DNA of 64,000 bases from Clostridiales bacterium. GTDB taxonomy: Bacteria; Bacillota; Clostridia; Oscillospirales; CAG-272. The stretch lies in contig JAAWQR010000001.1 of NCBI GenBank assembly GCA_022800625.1, positions 83,736-147,735 on the forward strand, read 5' to 3'. The notes beneath the pieces were generated by a model. That model was not told the origin of the DNA. It did no database searches and worked only from the letters and a program-made list of their open reading frames with translations. Positions 1 to 9,051 of the stretch are shown here, piece by piece. Position 1 is the stretch's first letter. Each line of letters starts with the position of its first letter. Made by a program: the position numbers and the translations under genes.

Positions 1-983
1 GCGGACTTTATATTTCTGTCACGGTCATACTTCTCATAAGCAGTTATTATTTTTTGAACCAGTCTGTGGCGGACGACATCTCTTCCCGAAAACTCATGTA
101 TACCTATATCGTTGATATCTTTTAAGATTTTTACGGCGGCTGACAGTCCGCTCTTTTGTCCGCGCGGAAGATCTGTTTGAGTCAGATCGCCGGTAACGAC
201 GATTTTAGAGCCGTTTCCGAGTCTTGTAAGAAACATTTTCATTTGCTCCGGCGTTGTATTTTGTGCTTCATCAAGAATAATAAACGAATCATCCAGCGTG
301 CGTCCGCGCATATACGCAAGCGGAGCTATCTCAATTGTCATTTTTTCTATAAGCCTTGTACAGTTTTCCGCACCGAGCATATCATACAGTGAATCATATA
401 GCGGTCTGAGATACGGATCGATTTTGCTCTGAAGATCGCCCGGCAAAAATCCTAGTCTTTCGCCTGCTTCGACAGCAGGTCTTGTGAGTATTATTCGGCT
501 TATTTCATGAGCGCGCAGCGCCTTAACAGCCATCATTACTGCAAGATATGTTTTTCCCGTTCCCGCAGGACCTGTACCGAGCACAATAGTATTTTTTCTT
601 ATCAGATCGATATATTTTTTCTGGCCTACAGTCTTTGCTTTTATCGGCTTGCCTTTTGCCGTAACGAATATGCAGTCGTCCCCAAAGTCCTGAAGCTCTG
701 CGCTGTTTCCGTCGTTTATCATGCCGATAATATATTCTACACTCTGTTCGCTTATCTCCTCACCGAGAGAAGCGATTTTTTTAAGATATTTCAATACTTC
801 GGAGGCTTTTGCAACCGAAGCATCATCTCCTTCGAGCTTAACTGCGTCTCCGATGCCGGACGGATCGGGGACATTATATATTCTGATTCCGAACTCACTT
901 TCGAGTCTTGTAAGATTTCTGTCAAAGCTTCCGAATATTCTTTTTGTAATTTCTGAATTATTTACAACTATCGTTTTCTGCAT
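1..983 (-). CDS. phoH: PhoH-like ATPase; the 3' end runs off the left window edge
   Basis: Absent from the ORF track because no stop lies in the window. My minus-strand translation from ATG (983-981) reads MQKTIVVNNSEITKRIFGSF...GTGPAGTGKTYLAVMMAVKAL (Walker A)...FIILDEAQNTTPEQMKMFLTRLGNGSKIVVTGDLTQTDLP. It follows yqfC-yqfD, as in Bacillus. Confidence 0.85.
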   Translation of the reverse strand, partial: MQKTIVVNNSEITKRIFGSFDRNLTRLESEFGIRIYNVPDPSGIGDAVKLEGDDASVAKASEVLKYLKKIASLGEEISEQSVEYIIGMINDGNSAELQDFGDDCIFVTAKGKPIKAKTVGQKKYIDLIRKNTIVLGTGPAGTGKTYLAVMMAVKALRAHEISRIILTRPAVEAGERLGFLPGDLQSKIDPYLRPLYDSLYDMLGAENCTRLIEKMTIEIAPLAYMRGRTLDDSFIILDEAQNTTPEQMKMFLTRLGNGSKIVVTGDLTQTDLPRGQKSGLSAAVKILKDINDIGIHEFSGRDVVRHRLVQKIITAYEKYDRDRNIKS

Positions 984-1047
984 CTATATGCCAAAGCCTT
1001 TCCGAGTAATTTGTATGACTGTACTTTATTTCCGAAATTTTATTAAC

Positions 1048-2238
1048 TTATTCGTTGACCGTAAATTCCGATACTTTTGCAATGTCTGTAATACACATCA
1101 TTTCACACTTTATTCTGTATTCATCTTCCGTAAGCTCGGTTGTGATTTTTTTTGATGCAATTTCACAGTTTAAAAGTATATCGTCCGTCATATCCCGCAG
1201 CTCCTGCATAGCAGACGCCGCAATTGTTTCATATCCGGATTCTGATTTTACATATTCATATTCACGGTACTGTGAATTTTCAATCCAAACAGGCAAAGGA
1301 AAAACTCCCAGCAGATATACTTGCCTATTATCTATTATTTTATCATAAGTTGAGTACTCAATGCTACCCTTTGAGGAAAGATTAATATTTTTTTTGAAAA
1401 TTTTTATGCTTTTATTTGTTTTTTCAGCCCCTGTATATGTCTTTTCCTCATTTTCAAACGGAATTGTAACTTCTGCAACACGCGGAACATATGCCATTAC
1501 GGAAGCTGATGCGTATTCATATCTAAGCCTGTCTTCTCTTACTCCTATTACACCGGACACAAGTATGTCGCCTTTTTTCACGATATTACCGGGAACTACT
1601 TGCGAAACTCCCGAATTTATTTCTACATGTATTATTTCTGCATCCTCGGAGGCTACGATATTAGCATATGTATTCTCTTCTTTTTCATGCTTTATCCCCG
1701 GCTTATTTTCAATTACCACAACATTTGCATGATTTCCTTTCATGTTTACTGATATCCAGGCAATGTCATGATTTTTCGCGAGGAATTCGGCGTGCAGAGA
1801 ATCGAAGTCGATCTTAGAAATTAAATCGCCGTAGCCGCATCCAAGCTCGTCAAGAGAAGCTATAATTACGTCGCTTGGAATATTTTCGTTCCCGTTTATC
1901 TCTATCGACCATATAATTTTTGAAAAGTATACGGCGCTGAGAATAAACATTACAATACTCACAATTATTCCCGGACGTTTTTTTAAAAATTTGAGAACTT
2001 TCGGAAATCCATGCACTTCCGAGCAAAAATATTTTATTTCGTTAAGATCAAAAAGTCTGCACAGCTTCCTTTTATCGAGAATACTGACGGTAAAACTGTA
2101 GTCTCCGGTCTTTGAATACTGAGGTTTTATTGCCGATATTCCATATCTGTACAGTATGTCGGCGGCTTTAGTTCTGCTTTCATCGGAAACCGATATTCTG
2201 TATGTACCGATAATGCTGTTGAATATATTGCGAATCAT
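1048..2238 (-). CDS. yqfD: Sporulation protein YqfD (stage IV sporulation family)
   Basis: 396 aa with one hydrophobic segment (GIIVSIVMFILSAVYFSKIIW) followed by EINGNENIP...DIAWISVNMKGNHANVVVIE, typical of YqfD. The yqfC-yqfD-phoH order is conserved. Confidence 0.8.
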   Translation of the reverse strand: MIRNIFNSIIGTYRISVSDESRTKAADILYRYGISAIKPQYSKTGDYSFTVSILDKRKLCRLFDLNEIKYFCSEVHGFPKVLKFLKKRPGIIVSIVMFILSAVYFSKIIWSIEINGNENIPSDVIIASLDELGCGYGDLISKIDFDSLHAEFLAKNHDIAWISVNMKGNHANVVVIENKPGIKHEKEENTYANIVASEDAEIIHVEINSGVSQVVPGNIVKKGDILVSGVIGVREDRLRYEYASASVMAYVPRVAEVTIPFENEEKTYTGAEKTNKSIKIFKKNINLSSKGSIEYSTYDKIIDNRQVYLLGVFPLPVWIENSQYREYEYVKSESGYETIAASAMQELRDMTDDILLNCEIASKKITTELTEDEYRIKCEMMCITDIAKVSEFTVNE

Positions 2239-2287
2239 TTATACCTTGCCTTTCATTTTTTAGTTTTTTTGCCTGTTAAAGAGCGGA

Positions 2288-2572
2288 TTATTCAATATTA
2301 ACCGATGATATAATTCCCGAAATACACACGCATCCCGCATTAAAATCTGACATCACAAGATCTTCTCCGCTTATTTCAACACAGTATTTTTCCGCAGTAA
2401 ATGAAATTTTATCCGACGTATATTCCTTGATTTTAGAACAACCGGTAACATAAGCCTCAAAGCGCCCTTTTATTTCAACTACGGGAATATCTCCTGCGCA
2501 TTCTATAGGAAATTCATATGCTTTTGCAATTTTTGCTTTTAGAGAGGGCATGATTTTTTTTGATTTTTGCAA
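2288..2572 (-). CDS. yqfC: Sporulation protein YqfC
   Basis: 94 aa with a YabP/YqfC-like pattern (VEIKGRFEAYVTGCSKIKEYTSDKISF...ISGEDLVMSDF). TTG start preceded by GGAGGA. Lies immediately upstream of yqfD. Confidence 0.75.
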   Translation of the reverse strand: MQKSKKIMPSLKAKIAKAYEFPIECAGDIPVVEIKGRFEAYVTGCSKIKEYTSDKISFTAEKYCVEISGEDLVMSDFNAGCVCISGIISSVNIE

Positions 2573-2660
2573 GTGTCAATCCTCCGGATCATATAATTTA
2601 CCGTAAATCGATACCGTAACTTCTGTATAATAAATATGACAAAAAGGAGCTGCAAATTAC

Positions 2661-3779
2661 TTGAAACGAAAATCAAAAATTAAGTTCTTCTTTGACTTTG
2701 CCACTTTAATAACCGCATTTTTTTCAATTGGTTTTATATGTTTTCAGCTTATGTTTCCGCAGCGTACCGCAGGAGCTGTAAGAGAAGCTTTAATTTCCTC
2801 TGCAACAAATGTGATTCCGTCGCTGTTTCCGTTTATGGTAATTTCGCGCTTTATAATTGCACTCGGAATGCTGTCACCGATAGAGAATACGCTCGGAAAA
2901 GGTATGAGTAAATTATTGGGGATTCCACAGAAATCTGTAAGCTCACTGCTTATCGGTATTCTGAGCGGTTTTCCGATAGGGGCTGTAACAGTTTGCGAAT
3001 CATATAAAAAAGGCGAAATGACAAAAGATGAAGCTGAATTTGCACTGTGCGTATCACATAATACAGGACCTGCTTTTCCTGTCGGAGTAGTAGGCGTTCT
3101 TCTTTGGAATAACAAAAATTTCGGTGTATTTATATATTTTTCTCAAATTTTGGCTATGCTGTTTTTGTGCTTGTTAAAGCGAAAAGACAGACGCGGCTTA
3201 TATATTCGGAATACAGTACCGAATTATAAGGCAAAGAAAATTACGGCAAGCGCGGCTTTAACATCATCTGTAACGTCATCGGCAAGCTCTTGCGTTGGTA
3301 TTGTGGGATTTATTGTGATTTTTAAAGTCATTACAGAAATGATATTAAGCTTTATTCCGATAAAATTTGAGCTTATTCGAACGATGATTTCAGCAGTCGC
3401 AGAATTTTCATCAGGATCTGCAAGCGCAGCCGAGCTGGGCGGAGCGGCAGGGGCTGCGTTCAGCGGATTTGCCGTAGGTTTCGGAGGAATATCCGCACTG
3501 ATGCAGGCTTGTGCGCTTACAGCAGAGACAGATCTCTCAATAAAAAAATGCGCCCTATTTAAAAGCATACAGGGAGCGGTGTGCGCCGTGATGTGTACAG
3601 CATACTATAATATGTTCATCAAAGAAGATCATGTTATGGAAGTATATAAAAAACTTGAAACGATTCAGGTAAATAATTTCAAGTACATAGCGGTACTGCT
3701 TGTCTGTGCTGCGGCTGTAATCAAATACCTCGGAAAAAAGCATAAAAACACGATACAGTATACTTTTTTCAGCTTATGA
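2661..3779 (+). CDS. ylbJ: Polytopic membrane protein with a nucleoside-recognition/gate domain, YlbJ-like sporulation integral membrane protein
   Basis: 372 aa and many TM segments. The pattern VIPSLFPFMVISRFIIALGM resembles the YlbJ/gate-domain family. TTG start lies 11 nt after GGAG. Confidence 0.55.
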   Translation: MKRKSKIKFFFDFATLITAFFSIGFICFQLMFPQRTAGAVREALISSATNVIPSLFPFMVISRFIIALGMLSPIENTLGKGMSKLLGIPQKSVSSLLIGILSGFPIGAVTVCESYKKGEMTKDEAEFALCVSHNTGPAFPVGVVGVLLWNNKNFGVFIYFSQILAMLFLCLLKRKDRRGLYIRNTVPNYKAKKITASAALTSSVTSSASSCVGIVGFIVIFKVITEMILSFIPIKFELIRTMISAVAEFSSGSASAAELGGAAGAAFSGFAVGFGGISALMQACALTAETDLSIKKCALFKSIQGAVCAVMCTAYYNMFIKEDHVMEVYKKLETIQVNNFKYIAVLLVCAAAVIKYLGKKHKNTIQYTFFSL

Positions 3780-3883
3780 TGATAAATCTTTTGCTTAAAT
3801 CTTGATTTATTCGGCTCAATAAGTTATAATAATCAGTGCAGTATGTGTTTTCATGTCTGACAATATTTTTAGGAGGTGTTTTT

Positions 3884-4105
3884 GTGAAAATCAAAAATAA
3901 AACAAGCATAGAAAAGTATTGCAAATACTGTGAGCTTGCGACACCTCTTGCATCAGACGATGAAATGATATGCGAAATACACGGAGTTGTGTCAAGCGGA
4001 TATGTATGCAAAAAATTCGTATATGATCCGCTCAAAAGATTGCCCAAGAGAGTGACTCTAAAAAAAGATGATCTTGAATTTCCCGATTTAGACAGTGAAA
4101 TTTAA
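3884..4105 (+). CDS. Small Cys-containing hypothetical protein (CxxC...C...C), possibly zinc-binding
   Basis: The track ORF is 3836-4105. An in-frame GTG at 3884 sits 7 nt after AGGAGG (3871-3876). The product VKIKNKTSIEKYCKYCELA...ICEIHGVVSSGYVCKKF belongs to no family I recognise. Confidence 0.45.
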   Translation: MKIKNKTSIEKYCKYCELATPLASDDEMICEIHGVVSSGYVCKKFVYDPLKRLPKRVTLKKDDLEFPDLDSEI

Positions 4106-4177
4106 AAAATATTACTTCGTGTAAATTATGATAATAATTACGAAAGCCGCATTCTGTGCGGCAGATTGGAGATAAAC

Positions 4178-5287
4178 TTGATAATAGCACTTGAAGAAGC
4201 AAAGCATAAGCTTACAAATTTCCGTGAAGATATTGAAGAGCTGGGTTCTGCTCTGCGCATAGATAATCTTCGTGAGGAAGCAGCAAAGCTTGAAGAGCAG
4301 ACGCTTGAACCTGATTTTTGGAACGATCAGACGGTGTCAGGCAAAATTTTGCGTCAGATCAAGCAGACAAAAGACAAAATTGAAGCTTATGATAAGCTTG
4401 CGGCAAAACTTGAAGATACGATAATGATAGCCGAGATTGCTATTGAAGAAAATGATGAAAGCGTAACCGATGAGGTTCTTGCGGATGTTGCAAGTATTGA
4501 AGCTGAAGAAGAACGTCAGAGAATAGAAATATTACTCTCGGGAGAATACGATAAAAACAACGCTATCATCAGCTTTCATCCGGGAGCAGGCGGAACAGAG
4601 GCTCAGGACTGGGCGCAAATGCTATACCGTATGTATACACGCTGGGGTGAAAAGCACGGATATAATGTCAAGCTTCTTGACTGGCTTGACGGTGAAGAAG
4701 CAGGTATAAAATCCGCAACAATAATGATCGAAGGTATCAACGCTTACGGATACCTTAAGAGTGAAAACGGAGTTCACAGACTTGTCAGAGTTTCCCCCTT
4801 TGACGGCTCGGGGCGCAGACATACCTCTTTTGCATCAGTTGAAGTCATGCCTGAATTTGAAGACGATAACACGATTGAGCTGAAGGACGAAGATCTTGAG
4901 ATAACAGCTCACCGTTCAAGCGGAGCGGGCGGCCAGCACATAAATAAAACCGACTCAGCAATCAGAATCACTCATATTCCCACAGGTATTGTTGTAGGAT
5001 GCCAGACTGAACGAAGCCAGCTTCAAAATAAGGAAACTGCTCTGAAGATGCTTAAATCTAAGCTTATGGAGATTAAGCAGCGTGAAAAGCTTGAAAAAAT
5101 AGACGATATTAAGGGTATTAAGACCAATATTGAATGGGGCGCACAGATTCGTTCTTACGTATTTATGCCGTATACACTTGCAAAGGATACAAGAACGGGA
5201 TATGAGGATGGTAACATTCAGGCTGTTATGGACGGCGAGATTGACGGATTTATAAACGCATATCTTAAAGCAAATGCAGGAAAATAA
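4178..5287 (+). CDS. prfB: Peptide chain release factor 2, encoded in one continuous frame
   Basis: Carries the RF2-specific SPF motif (VRVSPFDGSGRRHTSF) and the GGQ motif (SGAGGQHINKTDSAIRITHIPTG). TTG at 4178 is 6 nt after GGAG; the track start at 4166 is an alternative. Confidence 0.9.
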   Translation: MIIALEEAKHKLTNFREDIEELGSALRIDNLREEAAKLEEQTLEPDFWNDQTVSGKILRQIKQTKDKIEAYDKLAAKLEDTIMIAEIAIEENDESVTDEVLADVASIEAEEERQRIEILLSGEYDKNNAIISFHPGAGGTEAQDWAQMLYRMYTRWGEKHGYNVKLLDWLDGEEAGIKSATIMIEGINAYGYLKSENGVHRLVRVSPFDGSGRRHTSFASVEVMPEFEDDNTIELKDEDLEITAHRSSGAGGQHINKTDSAIRITHIPTGIVVGCQTERSQLQNKETALKMLKSKLMEIKQREKLEKIDDIKGIKTNIEWGAQIRSYVFMPYTLAKDTRTGYEDGNIQAVMDGEIDGFINAYLKANAGK

Positions 5288-5297
5288 ATTTAATGAA

Positions 5298-5328
5298 GCA
5301 AGAGTTGGGATATCCTAACTCTTGTTTT
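5298..5328 (+). terminator. Putative intrinsic terminator after prfB
   Basis: Stem gcaagagttggga / tcctaactcttg followed by a short tttt run. Confidence 0.45.
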
Positions 5329-5353
5329 AACAATATAAGGAGTACACTCCGGT

Positions 5354-6130
5354 ATGAAAAAGGAAACCTCAGCTCAGCGTGATTCTGTGATTTTTGAAGG
5401 TATGACTTCAATCAATGCCGTTTTAAAAGCATCTGAATCAGGACGCGGCAGAAAAATCTTGCGAGTTTGGTATGACAAATCTAAGAAAAACGCGAAACGA
5501 CGTGAATTAGGATTTCTGAAGTATGCGTCGGAAAAACACGGATTTGATTTGATAGAAGCAGACAGCGAATTTATCGATAAGACAGCTCTCGGAAACACAC
5601 ACGGCGGTTTTTTAGCCGAATGCACAGAGCGAATATTACCGAGGCTTGACTGTACTTCCCTTCTTGCGTATGATGGATTTTACATAATGATTGAGGGGAT
5701 TGAAGATCCGTATAATTTCGGATACGCTCTAAGAACCGTGTATGCCGCAGGTGCGGACGGAGTTATACTTACCGAGCGCAACTGGATGAGTGCGGCAGGC
5801 GTTGTATGCAGAGCATCTGCCGGTGCATCTGAACTTTTTGACACATTTGTTACTGAAAGCGCTGAGGAAGCGATAAAAATATTTAAAGAGAAATCGTACA
5901 AGATCGTATGTGCAGGAATCAGGGATTCCGTATCTATCTTTGATGCAGATATGAAAAAGCCGCTTCTTCTAATAATAGGCGGCGAGAAAAGAGGAATTTC
6001 GTCAGGTGTATTGAATTTTGCTGATAAGATAGTAAGAATCGACTACGGCCGTGAATTCAAAGGCTCTCTATCAGCTGCATCTGCCGCGTCCGTACTTGCA
6101 TATGAGGTGTTCAGGCAGAATAGGAAATAA
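5354..6130 (+). CDS. TrmH/SpoU-family RNA 2'-O-methyltransferase (RlmB-like)
   Basis: 258 aa with a SpoU C-terminal knot region: LLLIIGGEKRGISSGVLNFADKIVRIDYG...SLSAASAASVLAYEV. Confidence 0.75.
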   Translation: MKKETSAQRDSVIFEGMTSINAVLKASESGRGRKILRVWYDKSKKNAKRRELGFLKYASEKHGFDLIEADSEFIDKTALGNTHGGFLAECTERILPRLDCTSLLAYDGFYIMIEGIEDPYNFGYALRTVYAAGADGVILTERNWMSAAGVVCRASAGASELFDTFVTESAEEAIKIFKEKSYKIVCAGIRDSVSIFDADMKKPLLLIIGGEKRGISSGVLNFADKIVRIDYGREFKGSLSAASAASVLAYEVFRQNRK

Positions 6131-6134
6131 GTTT

Positions 6135-6180
6135 ATCCCCGATGCAGTTATGTATGCTGCATCGGGGATTTATTTTTATT
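6135..6180 (+). terminator. Intrinsic terminator between the convergent methyltransferase and sigma-factor genes
   Basis: Perfect 13-bp stem atccccgatgcag (6135-6147) / ctgcatcggggat (6157-6169), followed by ttatttttatt. Confidence 0.75.
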
Positions 6181-7822
6181 CTTCAATTATGAGCGTAGTC
6201 AAGGCGTTTTTCTGTTCCTCGGTCGGCAGTTTTAATTTTCCGTTGTTTAGTAAAACTTTCAGGCAATGCAGGATAAACCAAGCGTCAGAGAAGAAAATAT
6301 ACTGTAATCCGAACAACCTCATATTTCTCAAATGAGCTGGAGTATTTTTTAAAACTTCACTTGTATATTTCTTTCTCAAATCGCTGAATTCTCTCCAATG
6401 TCGCTCTTTTATTCGGTTTCCCACAGAAATTAGTGTATCTCTGATTTCACTGTTTTTGAGCCAAACACTCTTTATGTTAATTTCCTGCTGTCCGTTATTC
6501 TCTTTTACAGCAATATATCCGCGCTCAGACAGATAAGAATATTCTTCAATATTTAATTTTAATCCGTCATTTAATCTGTTCAGCAACAGCATATCTTTCT
6601 GTACGGCATATTGATAATCCTCACCGATACGATGAGTTGACCACTCTGAATCACACTGCCAAATAGTATATTTCTCATTCTTATTCCAGCAGCAACCCAT
6701 GAAATTTTCCATACTTTCAAAATATTTAGGCTTTTTGATACTTGTATTTAAGACTGACGCATCACAAATATTGAATCCTCCGTCAGGTCGCATGGTAGCT
6801 GCATCTTCAAAAGAAATACTTGCTTCTGCCGCATACAATTCTCCCCCGCTCACGGCTGCTATATATGGAATCAAAGACCACATCAAAAAGTTTTTGTTTC
6901 GTATTCCGTTAAATTTCCCGCCTTTGATGCTTTTATCATCCAAAATACTGCTTTTAATTAAAGTGTCAAACAATTCATTTGCAAATATTTCAGCGCCGCG
7001 TTCGTATATTTCGTCATGCAGTTTTACCAGTTCGTCTGTCGGCTCATCAATCAATATGTTACTTATATATTTATTTCCCTGTTTGATCAAAAATCCGTAT
7101 TCTTCAAGAAAGTCGGTCTCACTTTCAATATAAACAGGAGACACGCCTAACGCATCAGCAATTTCATTAATCGTTTTTGCTTCTTTCCGCACAGCATATG
7201 CAATGTTCTGAGAGAGTGCACTGCGAAAGAAATTGAAATTAAGTCCCTTTGTTCCTGTTGAACCGTTTGTACCGCAAAAGTCAAAACGGATTGGATTAAA
7301 CTTCAGTTCGCTCGATGTTCGCATAGTTTCCATACCTTTCTTCAAATCTTTTTTTGCTTCAAACAGATGCCATTTTACAGTTCCTATCGGAATATTTAAT
7401 TCATCAGCTATTTCACTTTGCTTTTTATTCTCATAGTAATAAGAGATTATGATTCGGCGTTGAATCTTTGACAAGTAAGCTATCTCACGGTGCAGTGATT
7501 CACATGTCTCTCTGAATATTAAATCGTCTGAAATATCAGCTTCACTTATACAGCATGAATCTAATAATTCTTCCGAAGAAATACCTATACGGCTGCATGC
7601 ACTGTCTCTGTAATAATTACTGAGTGCATTGTGAGCTGCTGTCCAAATAAATTTTGACACGTCGCATATATCATCTTTTATCAATAGCGCGCGGTATGAT
7701 CTTATCATTATTTCCTGCGACAGATCCTCTGCGTCTTGCAGACTTCTGCAACGTTTGAGTGCAAATCCGAAAACAGGTTTTAAATATTCTGATATGATTT
7801 TCTGTGCTGATTCTCTGTTCAT
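6176..7822 (-). CDS. Sigma-70/ECF-type RNA polymerase sigma factor fused to a roughly 380-aa C-terminal domain of unknown function
   Basis: The N-terminal ~165 aa carry a region 2-like segment (DAEDLSQEIMIRSYRAL) and a region 4 HTH (KKQSEIADELNIPIGTVKWHLFEAKKDLKKG). The remainder has no TM segment and contains a second HTH-like stretch (INEIADALGVSPVYIESETDFLEEYGFL). Confidence 0.7.
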   Translation of the reverse strand: MNRESAQKIISEYLKPVFGFALKRCRSLQDAEDLSQEIMIRSYRALLIKDDICDVSKFIWTAAHNALSNYYRDSACSRIGISSEELLDSCCISEADISDDLIFRETCESLHREIAYLSKIQRRIIISYYYENKKQSEIADELNIPIGTVKWHLFEAKKDLKKGMETMRTSSELKFNPIRFDFCGTNGSTGTKGLNFNFFRSALSQNIAYAVRKEAKTINEIADALGVSPVYIESETDFLEEYGFLIKQGNKYISNILIDEPTDELVKLHDEIYERGAEIFANELFDTLIKSSILDDKSIKGGKFNGIRNKNFLMWSLIPYIAAVSGGELYAAEASISFEDAATMRPDGGFNICDASVLNTSIKKPKYFESMENFMGCCWNKNEKYTIWQCDSEWSTHRIGEDYQYAVQKDMLLLNRLNDGLKLNIEEYSYLSERGYIAVKENNGQQEINIKSVWLKNSEIRDTLISVGNRIKERHWREFSDLRKKYTSEVLKNTPAHLRNMRLFGLQYIFFSDAWFILHCLKVLLNNGKLKLPTEEQKNALTTLIIEE

Positions 7823-7927
7823 CTGTTTGTCCGTACCTTAATTTATAATTTGTTAAATCTTTCTTGAAAGCTGCTTTCACTAATATAGACACGAAATCAG
7901 AAAAAGGTTGGCTGAAATATTTATTTT

Positions 7928-8419
7928 CTACAAAATATGATAGTGAGGGATTATATCGCAGTATTTTCCGCTTTTCATGAGGAATCCATCGGGGATTACG
8001 CCGAGCCTTACAAAGCCTAAAGATTCATAAAGCTTCAACGCAGGTTTATTTGTGCTGACTACAGCATTGAACTGCAAAATTTTAAATCCGAGTGACTTCC
8101 CTATTTCCATTGAGTGGCTGACAATGGCTCTTCCGATTCCGTTTCCGCGAAGCTCACCTGACACAGCGTAGCTCGCATTGCAAATATGTCCGCATCTGCC
8201 GACATTATTCGGATGCAGAATATAAAGCCCTAAGGTTTTGTTTGTCAAGGTATCGACAGCCACTTCTGTAAAGGACTGACTCATAAAAAACTCCATGCCT
8301 GAATCCTCAGTCAAAATTTCAGTCTGAGGAAATGCTATCCCGTCTTCAACAACTTCGTTCCAAACAGTCAAAGCAGCGGTTATATCGTCAGGACGGAATT
8401 CCCTGATAACAACATTCAT
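7928..8419 (-). CDS. GNAT-family N-acetyltransferase
   Basis: 163 aa with the acetyl-CoA binding motif LRGNGIGRAIVSHSMEIGKSLGF. Confidence 0.8.
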   Translation of the reverse strand: MNVVIREFRPDDITAALTVWNEVVEDGIAFPQTEILTEDSGMEFFMSQSFTEVAVDTLTNKTLGLYILHPNNVGRCGHICNASYAVSGELRGNGIGRAIVSHSMEIGKSLGFKILQFNAVVSTNKPALKLYESLGFVRLGVIPDGFLMKSGKYCDIIPHYHIL

Positions 8420-8487
8420 ATACTTATCACCTTTCTGCCGCCATGCGGCAAGTATTAAAAATATAGATTATTCTTTTATAATTGCAC

Positions 8488-8516
8488 TTGAATTGGAGGT
8501 GCAAGTCATATATAAT
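8488..8516 (+). promoter_or_regulatory. Sigma-A-type promoter for the VOC gene
   Basis: TTGAAT (8488-8493), a 17-nt spacer, then TATAAT (8511-8516). It overlaps the inverted repeat ttgcac-N11-gtgcaa. Confidence 0.5.
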
Positions 8517-8561
8517 ATGTTTAGATGAAATTCATCACTACAAAAAGGATGGTTACAAATC

Positions 8562-8960
8562 ATGAAACCGAACATAACAGGAATACACCACCTCGCACTC
8601 AAATGCTGCGGTGTTGAGGAATTTAACAAAACAGTTAGCTTCTACAAAGACACGCTCGGACTGCCTGTGGTCAGAACATGGGGAGAGGGAGAGAGTGCAG
8701 GTATTATGCTGGATACAGGTAACGGACTTCTCGAAATCTTTGCAGATGCCGAATCTCGTCTCACGCAAGGTGCTATCAGGCATTTTGCTCTTGCTAGCGA
8801 TGATACTGACGCTTGCATTGAGGCTGTCCGTGCCGCAGGCTACAAGGTAACAATGGAGCCGAATGATATTGTTATCGGATCTGTTCCGCCGTATCCTGCA
8901 AGAATAGCTTTCTGCATCGGACCTGTCGGAGAGGAAATCGAATTCTTCTGCGTAAAATAA
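8562..8960 (+). CDS. VOC (glyoxalase/bleomycin-resistance/dioxygenase) family protein
   Basis: 132 aa with the N-terminal IHHLALKC...FYKDTLGL pattern typical of the VOC fold. Confidence 0.7.
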   Translation: MKPNITGIHHLALKCCGVEEFNKTVSFYKDTLGLPVVRTWGEGESAGIMLDTGNGLLEIFADAESRLTQGAIRHFALASDDTDACIEAVRAAGYKVTMEPNDIVIGSVPPYPARIAFCIGPVGEEIEFFCVK

Positions 8961-8976
8961 TTAAATCAACTTATGC

Positions 8977-9017
8977 AAAACATCTCCTTTCAGCTATACC
9001 GAAAGGAGATGTTTTTT
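8977..9017. terminator. Bidirectional intrinsic terminator between the VOC gene and gdhA
   Basis: Stem aaaacatctcctttc (8977-8991) / gaaaggagatgtttt (9001-9015), with a T-run on both strands. Confidence 0.8.
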
Positions 9018-9051
9018 AGTTACACTTAATTTGTTATTAGCAAAAATTGTA

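Noticed and set aside
156-1155. Plus-strand track ORFs 156-392, 507-956 and 721-1155
   Set aside because: They lie antisense to a clearly recognisable PhoH coding frame (Walker A and PhoH signature on the minus strand). Their translations are low-complexity and Cys/Phe/Ser-rich, with no RBS.
4100-4260. Programmed +1 frameshift site in prfB
   Set aside because: I looked for a short upstream frame ending in CUU UGA and found none. The single frame already spans the homologous region.
8481-8507. Inverted repeat ttgcac-N11-gtgcaa overlapping the VOC promoter, considered as an operator
   Set aside because: It has only 6-bp arms in AT-rich DNA, and no adjacent regulator gene supports it. It is mentioned under the promoter feature only.
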